Sequence record: NC_070963.1
Length of the DNA stretch: 64,000 nt
Reading direction: 5' to 3' (one strand)
Positions within the stretch are counted from its first letter, which is position 1, and each line of letters opens with the position of its first letter. The translations under genes were made by a program, and so were the position numbers. The notes below the pieces were generated by a model. The model was not told the DNA's origin, ran no database searches, and saw only the letters and a list, made by a program, of their open reading frames with translations. Below, piece by piece: positions 1-8,070 of the stretch.

Positions 1-825
1 CCACCAATTCAAGCAGTAAATGTAAAGGATATTACTCCAAAACCAAAGGCACTTCCTGCTGGTAAACCACCTTCTGGTCCAAAACTAACAGGAGGAACGG
101 CAAAAGCAGCAAGCACGACATTAACTGCTGCAGGAAGTGCATCAAAATTAGGAAAAATTGCAAAATTTGCTGGACCAGCATCTGCTGCGCTTGATACAGC
201 ACTCTCTACTGCGGATGAAAGAGCAAAAGGATCTGGTTGGGCGAGATCACTCGCTAAAGGTGCTACAGTTGCTGCTGGAGGTCTTTTAGGAGGAACTGCT
301 GGAGCAATCGGTGGAGGTGGACTTCTAAGTGCTGCTACAGGAACTGCTGGCGCTATGGCAGGTGGTGCTGCTGCAGAAAAGGCATTTGATACTGTTGCTG
401 GAGCTAATGCAAAAGAAAGAAAAGCAATGGCAACAGCAAATCGTCAGCGTCAAGCAGGAACTGCTATCAAAGGTATTGGTGGAAAAACAACCTTTGATAC
501 TAAAAAGAATACTATGACAACTGGTACAGGTTCGCAAAGAAAAACAGTTGGACTTGCTAAAACAGGTGTAGTTCAGCGTGGAGGTCAATCTGTTGCTGGA
601 CATCTTGCATATAAAGATGGTAAAGCGGTTTATAAAGCAGGACCAAGTGCTCAATCACTTGCTAAAACTTCTTCCAATCCACTAGAAAGAATTGGTAGAT
701 CTTTATTTGCAGGAGCATATAAAAAGCATGATATTGCAAAATCTCAGCAGGCATTAACAAAAGCAAGACAATCTGATGCTGCTCGTAATAAAGCACTTGG
801 TGTTAAAATGAAGCCTGGTGGATGA
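1..825 (+). CDS. 5'-truncated Ala/Gly/Lys-rich protein, probable virion internal protein
   Basis: Frame 1 is open from base 1 (PPIQAVNVKD...) through the 355..825 ORF to TGA; phage-like codon use. Confidence 0.7.
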   Translation, partial: PPIQAVNVKDITPKPKALPAGKPPSGPKLTGGTAKAASTTLTAAGSASKLGKIAKFAGPASAALDTALSTADERAKGSGWARSLAKGATVAAGGLLGGTAGAIGGGGLLSAATGTAGAMAGGAAAEKAFDTVAGANAKERKAMATANRQRQAGTAIKGIGGKTTFDTKKNTMTTGTGSQRKTVGLAKTGVVQRGGQSVAGHLAYKDGKAVYKAGPSAQSLAKTSSNPLERIGRSLFAGAYKKHDIAKSQQALTKARQSDAARNKALGVKMKPGG

Positions 826-829
826 TTTT

Positions 830-837
830 TATAAATA
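830..837 (+). promoter_or_regulatory. T4-type late promoter TATAAATA
   Basis: Exact consensus 30 nt upstream of the 868 ATG. Confidence 0.7.
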
Positions 838-867
838 CCTTTATATAAAGGTATTAAATTTATAACC

Positions 868-2466
868 ATGTCTAGAATTTCGCAAGATTTCATCAACAGT
901 GTTGGATACTTGTATGAGGAAATCAACATTCAGCAGAATGACTTTCTGAATGAAGAATCTCAGTATTATGATGCCGAAGTATCAGAACTTGTAGAAGATA
1001 TTCTTGCTACTATCTCAACTTCAATGGTTTATGAGGGATATAGTGCAGAAGGTATTATTGGATTTCTTGCTGATTCTTCGGAGCAAGATATTGTTGAAAA
1101 GTATCTAAGTTTTGATGAGAACATTCTTACCGAAAGTGTAGTTTCTGAAGATTATATTACAGAACAACTAGAACTTTTTGATGTTGCAATTGATGAAGGT
1201 ATTGGATCATTAATTGGAAAAGTTGCTAAAGGTGCAATTGGACTTGCAGGAAGAGTAGCATCAAAACCTGCTAGAGCAGCAGTTGCTAAAAAAATGATGA
1301 CAAGTAAAAATCCTGCTAAAACAGCAGCAGCGGTTGATAGACTTGCAAGAATGAAATTAAACAAAGCAGGTGCTCCTTCTGATATAACTAAAAAACTTGT
1401 AGATGCTGCACCAGATGTTTCGACCAAAACAAGGATAGCAGCAACTGCTCCTGTTGTTGGTAAACTTGTTAAAGGTGCTCAAAAAGTAAAAGATATTGGT
1501 CAAGGTGCAAAAAAAGCACTTCCAGGAATCGCTAAAGGTGCTGGAATCTTTGGATTAGGTGCCGCTGGTGGTTATGTTGGGGCAAAAATGGCAGGTGCTG
1601 GGTCTGGAACAAAATCAACAGAATCTCAAAGACCACCTGCTTCAGCAGATGCTTCAGCAGATGCTCCATCAGCACCTTCTACACCAGGATCTAGAACATC
1701 TTCTACACCTGCACCTAAAGCACCTTCTACAAGATCTTCTGCATCAGGTTCTAAACCCAGATCAAAAGATGCTGCACGTCCAGGAGAAACTCCAATGCAA
1801 CAGTGGGCAAGACTACATCCAAATCTTGCTGCTAAGGTCAAACCGGGTCAGTCTGGATATGAAGAAATTTCACAAACAAGAGTGAAACCTGGTCCTTATG
1901 AGAAGCAAAATCAAACTCCCACTCAAGGACCATCAACTGCACAAATTGATACAAAGGACGTAGATGCTGCCATAAAAGCAGAACAAGAAAGACAAAAGAA
2001 GAGATTAGAGCAGCAAAAGAATACCTCTATGACTGCTAAAGAATCCTATGAACCTTATGATGTTGTTTTAAATTACTTGATGTCTGAGGGTCATGCAGAT
2101 ACCCTAGATGAAGCAAATTATATCATGTTAGAGATGGATGAAAAAGCAATTGGAACAATTATTGAAGAGTATGAAGATTATTTACTTGCTGAAGAGATTC
2201 AAGAATGGGTCAATAGTCTTTTAGATGAAGGATACGATCTTTCAGAATATTCTTGGGATGATGTTGTTGAGTATTATGTAACTGAAGCAAAGTATGGAAC
2301 TGCAAAAGGTCGTAAAAAACTTGCAAAGAAAGTTCGTGCAGGAAAAGATGTTGGTAAAAAAGGTGCTGGATTTGAGGCAATTGTAGACAAAGCATCAGGA
2401 AAATATGGCAAAAAAAGAGCAACTAAAATTGCCGCTGCAGCAATGTGGAAAAATCTTGGTAAGTGA
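868..2466 (+). CDS. Putative internal head protein with alternating acidic and basic domains (532 aa)
   Basis: Acidic blocks (YLMSEGHADTLDEA type) alternate with Lys/Ala/Pro-rich blocks; late promoter upstream. Confidence 0.6.
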   Translation: MSRISQDFINSVGYLYEEINIQQNDFLNEESQYYDAEVSELVEDILATISTSMVYEGYSAEGIIGFLADSSEQDIVEKYLSFDENILTESVVSEDYITEQLELFDVAIDEGIGSLIGKVAKGAIGLAGRVASKPARAAVAKKMMTSKNPAKTAAAVDRLARMKLNKAGAPSDITKKLVDAAPDVSTKTRIAATAPVVGKLVKGAQKVKDIGQGAKKALPGIAKGAGIFGLGAAGGYVGAKMAGAGSGTKSTESQRPPASADASADAPSAPSTPGSRTSSTPAPKAPSTRSSASGSKPRSKDAARPGETPMQQWARLHPNLAAKVKPGQSGYEEISQTRVKPGPYEKQNQTPTQGPSTAQIDTKDVDAAIKAEQERQKKRLEQQKNTSMTAKESYEPYDVVLNYLMSEGHADTLDEANYIMLEMDEKAIGTIIEEYEDYLLAEEIQEWVNSLLDEGYDLSEYSWDDVVEYYVTEAKYGTAKGRKKLAKKVRAGKDVGKKGAGFEAIVDKASGKYGKKRATKIAAAAMWKNLGK

Positions 2467-2484
2467 AGTTATTATAACATCTTC

Positions 2485-2512
2485 AAAGGGGGCTTGACAA
2501 GTCCCCTTTTTT
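2485..2512 (+). terminator. Intrinsic terminator, probably bidirectional, containing a TTGACA box
   Basis: aaagggggcttgacaagtcccctttttt hairpin plus T-tract between convergent genes. Confidence 0.7.
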
Positions 2513-2553
2513 ATTGCTAGACTAGGTTTGTCTCCGTTGAAGATAAATTATAT

Positions 2554-2985
2554 TTAATAATACTTAGAGCTCTTAAGGGCAGCACCATAAATTCTTTCAG
2601 ATTCACTCATATAAAAAGTTCCGCCAATATTTGTATTATAATACTCTTCACTCATTAATACATTGCGGTTGAACTGTTCATAAGTTTCATAATAACTCAT
2701 TGATTTCTTATGAGGACATAGGTAAAGAATTTCACGAAGAAAATGTTCTTTACCTAATTTTTTTACATCTTCATTAAGTTCATCACAAGATCCAAAGTAA
2801 TTTTTCCAATCACTTTCTAGTGTTTTTCTTCTTCCAGTTTTTCTATCCTTTTGCCTTGTCCAGAAATGTTTTTTACCAATGTATTTTTTATTATTCGTAA
2901 GATTCGTAATTATATAAACAAATCCCTCCATTCCTTTGGGAACATCGGTAAAGACCTCTCCATTATATTGCCAATTCATAAGCAT
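2554..2985 (-). CDS. denA: Endonuclease II (GIY-YIG family, T4 DenA-like)
   Basis: GFVYIITNLTNNKKYIGKK, ESDWKNYFGS, REILYLC, SYYE and YYNTNIGG motifs; 143 aa. Confidence 0.8.
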   Translation of the reverse strand: MLMNWQYNGEVFTDVPKGMEGFVYIITNLTNNKKYIGKKHFWTRQKDRKTGRRKTLESDWKNYFGSCDELNEDVKKLGKEHFLREILYLCPHKKSMSYYETYEQFNRNVLMSEEYYNTNIGGTFYMSESERIYGAALKSSKYY

Positions 2986-3063
2986 TCTTTATTTACCTAT
3001 TTAGATTTGTCATCGGAGGATAAAAATGCTAGACTTGAAGAAATCGATGATTTTCTAAATACT

Positions 3064-3240
3064 ATGACCACACTTGAAAAAACTCTTCGACAGTCTCATG
3101 ATTGGGCAATTGATCGTATTCATGAGTTGTCTGAGCATGATCTTGAATCCGCATATGCAATTCAATCCGAATTTAGTGAATGGTTAAATCCAGATATTCC
3201 GGAACATGATGTTTTTTCACTCGAATACATAGGAGATTAA
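3064..3240 (+). CDS. Small hypothetical protein (58 aa)
   Basis: ATG at 3064 just after TAAATA (3057-3062); the track's 2851 start overlaps denA. Confidence 0.6.
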   Translation: MTTLEKTLRQSHDWAIDRIHELSEHDLESAYAIQSEFSEWLNPDIPEHDVFSLEYIGD

Positions 3241-3241
3241 A

Positions 3242-3943
3242 ATGATAATCGATCTTCATAGTTTTTTTAAATTTTATGATGAGAAGAATCCAAAACATGT
3301 TGCAGCAGTAGAGCAATTTGAAAAAGATCTTCTTGCGAAAGCAGAAGAGTTGATGGATGATGATTCAAATTGGGTAAGAATTTTTAGATCCAAAGTTGAA
3401 GCACCAAAGACTCCCGGTGTTCTTAATGTTCCTTTTTATCCACAAACAGATAATTACAAAGATGCAAATAGAACTTGTAATTCATCTTCTTGTGCGATGG
3501 TATTAGAATACTTTAAACCAGGCACACTTCAAGGACCCAAAGGCGATGACGCATACATTCGCAAGGTTTTCGCAATTGGTGATACAACTGACCACGACGT
3601 TCAGACCAAAGTTCTTGCGTCTTATGGTATTAAGTCACAATTTAGGTACAATCTTTCTTTTGCTGACCTTGATAGGGAGCTTGCCGCTGGGAGACCTGTT
3701 TGTATCGGGATTCTTCATCGGGGTTCTCTATCTGCACCTACTGGTGGGCACATATGTGTAGTAATTGGTAAAAAAGGTGAAGATTATGTGATTAATGACC
3801 CATATGGTTCTTTGAATGATGGGTATACTGGTCCAGTCACAAATGGTAAAGGCGTCGTCTATAAGCGTTCAGATTTAGTTCGCCGTTGGTGTCCAAAGGG
3901 TAATGATGGTTGGGGAAGAGTCTTTGACGCAAAAAAGCAATGA
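3242..3943 (+). CDS. C39-like cysteine peptidase, putative cell-wall endopeptidase
   Basis: PFYPQTDN...CNSSSCAM, GHICVVIG and INDPYG give the Cys-His-Asp arrangement. Confidence 0.75.
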   Translation: MIIDLHSFFKFYDEKNPKHVAAVEQFEKDLLAKAEELMDDDSNWVRIFRSKVEAPKTPGVLNVPFYPQTDNYKDANRTCNSSSCAMVLEYFKPGTLQGPKGDDAYIRKVFAIGDTTDHDVQTKVLASYGIKSQFRYNLSFADLDRELAAGRPVCIGILHRGSLSAPTGGHICVVIGKKGEDYVINDPYGSLNDGYTGPVTNGKGVVYKRSDLVRRWCPKGNDGWGRVFDAKKQ

Positions 3944-4404
3944 AAATTCCAGAACCAGCAATTAAATTAATCAAAGAGTTTGAAGGATGTCATCTAAAAG
4001 CATATCCAGATCCTTTAACTGGAGGACTTCCAATTACAATCGGATGGGGAAGCACTCGGGATTTTGATTACACTCCTTTCAAAAGAGATCGAGTCATTAC
4101 ACAAGAGTATGCTGATCGTTTATTGGAGCATGATTTACTCAATCGTTTTCTTCCAAAATTATCTAAGATTCCTTATTGGAGTGAGATGAATGATAATCAA
4201 AAATCCGCATTGCTTTCTTTCAGTTATAATCTTGGGTCTGATTTTTATGGTGCTCCTGGATTCAATACGATCTCCAGAAAGTTAAAAGAAAGAGACTGGA
4301 AGGGTATTCCTGCGACTTTAGAAATGTACCGTAATCCTGGAACAAAAGTAGAAGCAGGACTACGTAGAAGAAGAATTGCAGAAGGAAAACTATGGATGAC
4401 TTAA
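3940..4404 (+). CDS. Phage lysozyme (GH24 endolysin)
   Basis: IKEFEGCHLKAYPDP...TIGWGST; SALLSFSYNLG; GLRRRRIAE. Confidence 0.9.
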   Translation: MKIPEPAIKLIKEFEGCHLKAYPDPLTGGLPITIGWGSTRDFDYTPFKRDRVITQEYADRLLEHDLLNRFLPKLSKIPYWSEMNDNQKSALLSFSYNLGSDFYGAPGFNTISRKLKERDWKGIPATLEMYRNPGTKVEAGLRRRRIAEGKLWMT

Positions 4405-4640
4405 TCTTCTACTTTAGTTCTTAATGCAATTACCGTAGTTAATATTGTTAAAAGTGTTTCATATCCTCTTCTTTCAGATTCTTTGCAATCTAAAGGAGGA
4501 GGATTTTTTAATCCACCTAGAACATTTGCACTGATAATTGATCCAGGAATCATAAAATTACAAGCAATAAAATTAACACCAACAAATCCAACTGCAGAAA
4601 AACAAACTATAAAAATTAGTTTGGTGAGATTGAGTTTCAT
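4401..4640 (-). CDS. Small membrane protein
   Basis: 79 aa with N- and C-terminal hydrophobic segments; 4-nt overlap with the upstream minus-strand ORF. Confidence 0.55.
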   Translation of the reverse strand: MKLNLTKLIFIVCFSAVGFVGVNFIACNFMIPGSIISANVLGGLKNPPPLDCKESERRGYETLLTILTTVIALRTKVED

Positions 4641-4828
4641 TTTCCTTCTTGCTGATGTATCCAGGTTTTTAATTCACTCACGTATTTTCTTAATATCTCT
4701 GCTTTTTCTAGATGCCACAAATTACCACTTTTGAAATACTCATAAGTGTGATTGTCAATTGCTTTTAGAATTTGATGGATGGGTGCATTCCAAGGTTTTC
4801 TTTCATCAGTATTCCACTCTCGTGGCAT
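4637..4828 (-). CDS. Hypothetical protein (63 aa)
   Basis: RBS GAGG upstream of MPREWN. Confidence 0.6.
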   Translation of the reverse strand: MPREWNTDERKPWNAPIHQILKAIDNHTYEYFKSGNLWHLEKAEILRKYVSELKTWIHQQEGK

Positions 4829-4834
4829 AATACC

Positions 4835-4939
4835 TCACTTTTTCTTGCCACCATTTTTTGCTTTTTTCGCAGTTGCATTACCTTGGTTTTGTTTGGATCC
4901 GTTTGACCCTTTCTTACCTTTATTTGCTGATTTTGCCAT
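4835..4939 (-). CDS. 34-aa Lys-rich peptide MAKSANKGKKGSNGSKQNQGNATAKKAKNGGKKK
   Basis: Hand-translated; minus-strand TAAATA at 4961-4966; stop overlaps the next RBS. Confidence 0.65.
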   Translation of the reverse strand: MAKSANKGKKGSNGSKQNQGNATAKKAKNGGKKK

Positions 4940-4993
4940 TGGTGCATCGGCATAACATATTATTTAGGTGTACCACTTTATAATCTGTAACAC

Positions 4994-5022
4994 TTGACAA
5001 CAAATAAATATTCACTTATTAT
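4994..5022 (+). promoter_or_regulatory. sigma70-type promoter
   Basis: TTGACA-17 nt-TATTAT. Confidence 0.65.
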
Positions 5023-5029
5023 GTAAAAT

Positions 5030-5165
5030 CCCATATGGGGTCCCTGTTATGAGCAGGGTTTTTTTACAATGAGTCTTTGACGTGACAATTAGAGCCGTGG
5101 GTACTGCCCCTTGAGAAAGGGGAACTTCTCCTTTACCTATACGGATGTAGAGTTCAATTAATTTA
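5030..5165 (+). ncRNA. Structured leader RNA upstream of the lysozyme-domain gene (family unknown)
   Basis: Hairpin plus T7 at 5042-5066, then nested stems ccgt/acgg, gggta/tacct and cccctt-GAGA-aagggg. Confidence 0.4.
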
Positions 5166-5166
5166 A

Positions 5167-5808
5167 ATGCAAAACATCTTTACAGTAACCCTGCCTCTTC
5201 TGGCAACGGTTACAACCACAACGGCATCACTGCCTTCAGTGTTTCCTCCTCCACCTGTGAGTGGTCCTCCACCGTTTTCAATAGTTCAAGAGGAGCCTAC
5301 ATCAAAGACAGCAATCCGCAAGGTTGCTCCCGAAAAACCTAAAGAGACGAGGTTAATTTGTAAAGGGTGTAATGAACATGAGAATGCTACTCTGGCATAC
5401 TTCCAGGAACGTGGTATTAAAGACAGAAACGCCCTTGCTACCATTATGGGCAATATTCGTCAGGAATCAACTTTTATTCCTAACATTTGTGAAGGTGGTA
5501 GCAGAACTGGATACCATAACTGCAATGGCGGTTTTGGAATTATCCAATGGACATCTGCCAACAGGTATTATGGATTGGGTGATTTTGCTAGGAAGTTTGG
5601 TGGGTCACCATCATCACTTCACACGCAACTTCGTTATCTGACCAATGAGGTTCAATGGCAAGAGATTGAGGAGAAGATGAAAACTCCTGGCAAATCAATC
5701 AATCGCTATATGGACTATGCGTACAGTTGGATTGGGTGGGGGCATCACGGTGCTCGTACCTCATATGCACGTGACTATGCTTCCCGTCTGATCAAGGTAG
5801 AAGTTTGA
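5167..5808 (+). CDS. Phage-tail-lysozyme-domain cell-wall hydrolase with N-terminal signal-like/Pro-rich region
   Basis: ATIMGNIRQES...GFGIIQWT...QLRYL motifs. Confidence 0.7.
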   Translation: MQNIFTVTLPLLATVTTTTASLPSVFPPPPVSGPPPFSIVQEEPTSKTAIRKVAPEKPKETRLICKGCNEHENATLAYFQERGIKDRNALATIMGNIRQESTFIPNICEGGSRTGYHNCNGGFGIIQWTSANRYYGLGDFARKFGGSPSSLHTQLRYLTNEVQWQEIEEKMKTPGKSINRYMDYAYSWIGWGHHGARTSYARDYASRLIKVEV

Positions 5809-5846
5809 CACAATAGAATAAATAGGGGAGAGTTTTCTCCCCTTCT

Positions 5847-6359
5847 ATGAAAAAAGCAATTTTAGAGTTAGGTGGAAATATAAATCGTTTGGATACTGTA
5901 TTAGAATTGGTAAAACAATATCCAGATGCTTTGATTATTATTTCATCGGAAGGTGATCCAAAAGGATGCCTTGCAAAACTTAAAGCCGCAGGTATTTCCA
6001 AAGATCGTTTCATTCTTGACTATCAGGCGTGGGATACGGTTACGAATTTTACGACAACTCTTCCTATTATTCGTGATCAAGAAATTGCTGATTTGTATGT
6101 TGTGACTGATTTATTTCATATTCCAAGAGCACAGGCAATTTGTGAGTCTGTATATCTTTTTAGAGGTGTTGTGAAGCATTATGTTGCTCACGGAACCGAT
6201 GATCATAAGGAAACAATTTGGTATGATACTTTCCGTGCTCTTCTTTGGAGGTTTACTGGATATCTTTTGTATGATAAATCAGTAAAAGACCAAAGAATGC
6301 CTGGTATTGAAGCAGACGCAAAGTTAGCGGAAGAACTTCTTAAATCTTATGAAGTTTGA
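5847..6359 (+). CDS. DUF218 (YdcF/ElyC-like) protein
   Basis: LGG...IIISSEG, AWDTVTNF and LYVVTDLFHIPRA motifs. Confidence 0.7.
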   Translation: MKKAILELGGNINRLDTVLELVKQYPDALIIISSEGDPKGCLAKLKAAGISKDRFILDYQAWDTVTNFTTTLPIIRDQEIADLYVVTDLFHIPRAQAICESVYLFRGVVKHYVAHGTDDHKETIWYDTFRALLWRFTGYLLYDKSVKDQRMPGIEADAKLAEELLKSYEV

Positions 6360-6762
6360 TTTTCAGTTTGGTAAAAAGAAACTAACAATAAAACAATATG
6401 TAATTGTAGGAATTGTATTATCTTCTATAATTGCAGCACTTTCACAATGTACAGGAGTATCGCAAAATGGACTTTGGGACTTATTGGATGAGATTCAAAG
6501 AAAGTATTTCCCACAAACTATCATTAATGAGTTTATACTTAAAGATCCTGAAAAATTAAAACGTAGAATTGTTAGAGATGTAGATAAGGCAATTCGTGAT
6601 GTAACTTCAGAATATGATCGCATTATTCAAAAGGCAGATCAAAAATATCAACCAAAGTATCTTGAAGAACCAAACGATGATACTTTATGCTATACTGATG
6701 AATGTAAATCACTTGCTCCACCAATGAGAAAATGTGCTTCTTGGGTGGAAGATTGTAATTAA
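6349..6762 (+). CDS. Hypothetical membrane-anchored protein
   Basis: One hydrophobic helix (YVIVGIVLSSIIAAL) and C-terminal cysteines. Confidence 0.6.
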   Translation: MKFDFQFGKKKLTIKQYVIVGIVLSSIIAALSQCTGVSQNGLWDLLDEIQRKYFPQTIINEFILKDPEKLKRRIVRDVDKAIRDVTSEYDRIIQKADQKYQPKYLEEPNDDTLCYTDECKSLAPPMRKCASWVEDCN

Positions 6763-6800
6763 ACGACTATATAAACATATCTTATTTTTTGGAGATTATT

Positions 6801-6989
6801 ATGTCTGTATCACAAGAACTACTGAATGCTGTTGAGGCGTGGAAAGTAGAAGATGAAAAGTTTGCTGCTGGGAATAATGCAGCAGGAACCCGTGCTCGTA
6901 AGGCACTGCAAGAAATTGCAAAACTGGTCAAGACTCGTAGGTCTGAAATTACTGAAGAAAAGAATGCTCGTAAGGAGGCAACCAAGTGA
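6801..6989 (+). CDS. Small helical protein resembling the histone-H1-like (Hc1) N-terminal family
   Basis: GNNAAGTRARKALQEIAKLVK motif; GGAG RBS before ATG 6801. Confidence 0.55.
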   Translation: MSVSQELLNAVEAWKVEDEKFAAGNNAAGTRARKALQEIAKLVKTRRSEITEEKNARKEATK

Positions 6990-7165
6990 CGGAACAACAA
7001 GAACATCTTAAAAATCTTCTAGAGCAAAGAAATAATCTAGAGCAACAAATGAATCAAAATAGAGAACTTTTTTGGAAAGTTCAAGGTGCTATTGAATACT
7101 TGACTCAAATCGGAGTCAGTCTTCCACAACCAGAAGCAGTAACTGAAGTTACAGAAGAGGCTTGA
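6986..7165 (+). CDS. Small coiled-coil protein (59 aa, GTG start)
   Basis: Hand-translated MTEQQEHLKNLLEQ...; RBS AAGGAGG; GTGA overlap. Confidence 0.65.
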   Translation: MTEQQEHLKNLLEQRNNLEQQMNQNRELFWKVQGAIEYLTQIGVSLPQPEAVTEVTEEA

Positions 7166-7190
7166 CGGGTTGCGTGAAAGGTTCTATAAT
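7162..7190 (+). promoter_or_regulatory. sigma70-type promoter for the tRNA cluster
   Basis: TTGACG-17 nt-TATAAT. Confidence 0.75.
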
Positions 7191-7198
7191 AGTCTCAT

Positions 7199-7272
7199 AG
7201 GCAGCGGAGGTCCAAACTTCGTTTAAGTCCTGCCCCTCCTATGCCTCTCAACGATGCACAAACCAGGAGGTC
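7199..7272 (+). ncRNA. Candidate two-hairpin RNA 5' of tRNA-Arg
   Basis: Stems ggcag/ctgcc (inner aaac/gttt) and cctcct/aggagg (inner tgc/gca); GC-rich against an AT-rich background. Confidence 0.4.
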
Positions 7273-7276
7273 TCTT

Positions 7277-7350
7277 GTCTTGGTAGCTCAGATGGATAGA
7301 GCCACTCACTTCTAATGAGTTGGTCGGGGGTTCGAGTCCCTCCCAAGACG
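7277..7350 (+). tRNA. trnR: tRNA-Arg(TCT)
   Basis: Acceptor gtcttgg/ccaagac; anticodon arm actca-cTTCTaa-tgagt; T loop ttcgagt. Confidence 0.95.
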
Positions 7351-7435
7351 CTTGGAGTATATGCTCCATATATAAAGAGATAGAGGGTAAGTCACTGTTA
7401 TATCCTTATGAGATATATTACACTTACTCCATCAT

Positions 7436-7508
7436 TGGGGTGTAGCTCAGCGGTAGTAGCGGGATGCTGTTAACATCTAGGTCGCAGGTTCGATCCCTGC
7501 CGCCCCAG
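7436..7508 (+). tRNA. trnN: tRNA-Asn(GTT)
   Basis: Acceptor tggggtg/cgcccca; anticodon loop ctGTTaa; ggttcgatcc. Confidence 0.95.
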
Positions 7509-7544
7509 TTAGAAGGTCTGGAAATGTCTGGGTCTTCTAAATTG

Positions 7545-7713
7545 AAAACGCTGGACAAACTTCGGAGGTAAATACTCTAGAGTCTCCCAACCCATTTGGT
7601 GCGTTCCTGAAGACAGGAAGAATAAGGTTTAGTGTTTTCTCTTATTCACTGCCCTCTAATGCAGTGAAACTTGCAGGAAGTGTCTCCTGCGGGTGACGGG
7701 CACTCGTCACCCA
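7545..7713 (+). ncRNA. manA-like structured RNA between tRNAs
   Basis: Hairpins ttcctg/caggaa, aataag/cttatt, cactgc/gcagtg, gcagg/cctgc, gggtgacg/cgtcaccc; size and tRNA adjacency match my recollection of manA. Confidence 0.55.
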
Positions 7714-7716
7714 TTT

Positions 7717-7789
7717 GCCCTTGTAGCTCAGCTGGTAGAGCGCGGCTTTTGTAAAGCCGATGTCGCAAGTTCAAGTCTTGTCGGGGGCT
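7717..7789 (+). tRNA. trnT: tRNA-Thr(TGT)
   Basis: Anticodon arm cggct-ttTGTaa-agccg; cloverleaf. Confidence 0.95.
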
Positions 7790-7817
7790 TGACATAATAC
7801 TCATTATGTCTTATAAT
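7789..7817 (+). promoter_or_regulatory. sigma70-type promoter
   Basis: TTGACA-17 nt-TATAAT. Confidence 0.8.
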
Positions 7818-7866
7818 CTTTCTGTCCGTGTGAAAGGAAGTGCTGGGAGAGAAATCTCCCACTCTT

Positions 7867-7938
7867 GCGGAGTTAATTCAGTGGTAGAATGGCTGCCTTC
7901 CAAGCAGTTCGTCGTCGGTTCGAATCCGATACTCCGCT
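7867..7938 (+). tRNA. trnG: tRNA-Gly(TCC)
   Basis: Acceptor gcggagt/actccgc; anticodon loop ctTCCaa. Confidence 0.95.
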
Positions 7939-8070
7939 TATAAGAGAGAAAAAACCGTAAAGGCTTGACTGATCCCAAAGAAAATGTTAAGATAAATACC
8001 GTGAAGTGACCGTGCCGCAACTATTTGCACGGTTCCTCATTATGTCGTTTAGTACTAAAAAACAAACTTT

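Noticed and set aside
325-2422. Alternate-frame and antisense ORFs over the first two genes, and similar ones in tail and glycan genes
   Set aside because: Expected shadows of low-complexity, codon-biased real genes
2851-3063. N-terminal extension of ORF 2851..3240
   Set aside because: Overlaps denA antisense; the late promoter sits just before ATG 3064
4765-4953. 62-aa minus-strand ORF in the track
   Set aside because: A different frame (4835..4939) fits the late promoter and downstream RBS better
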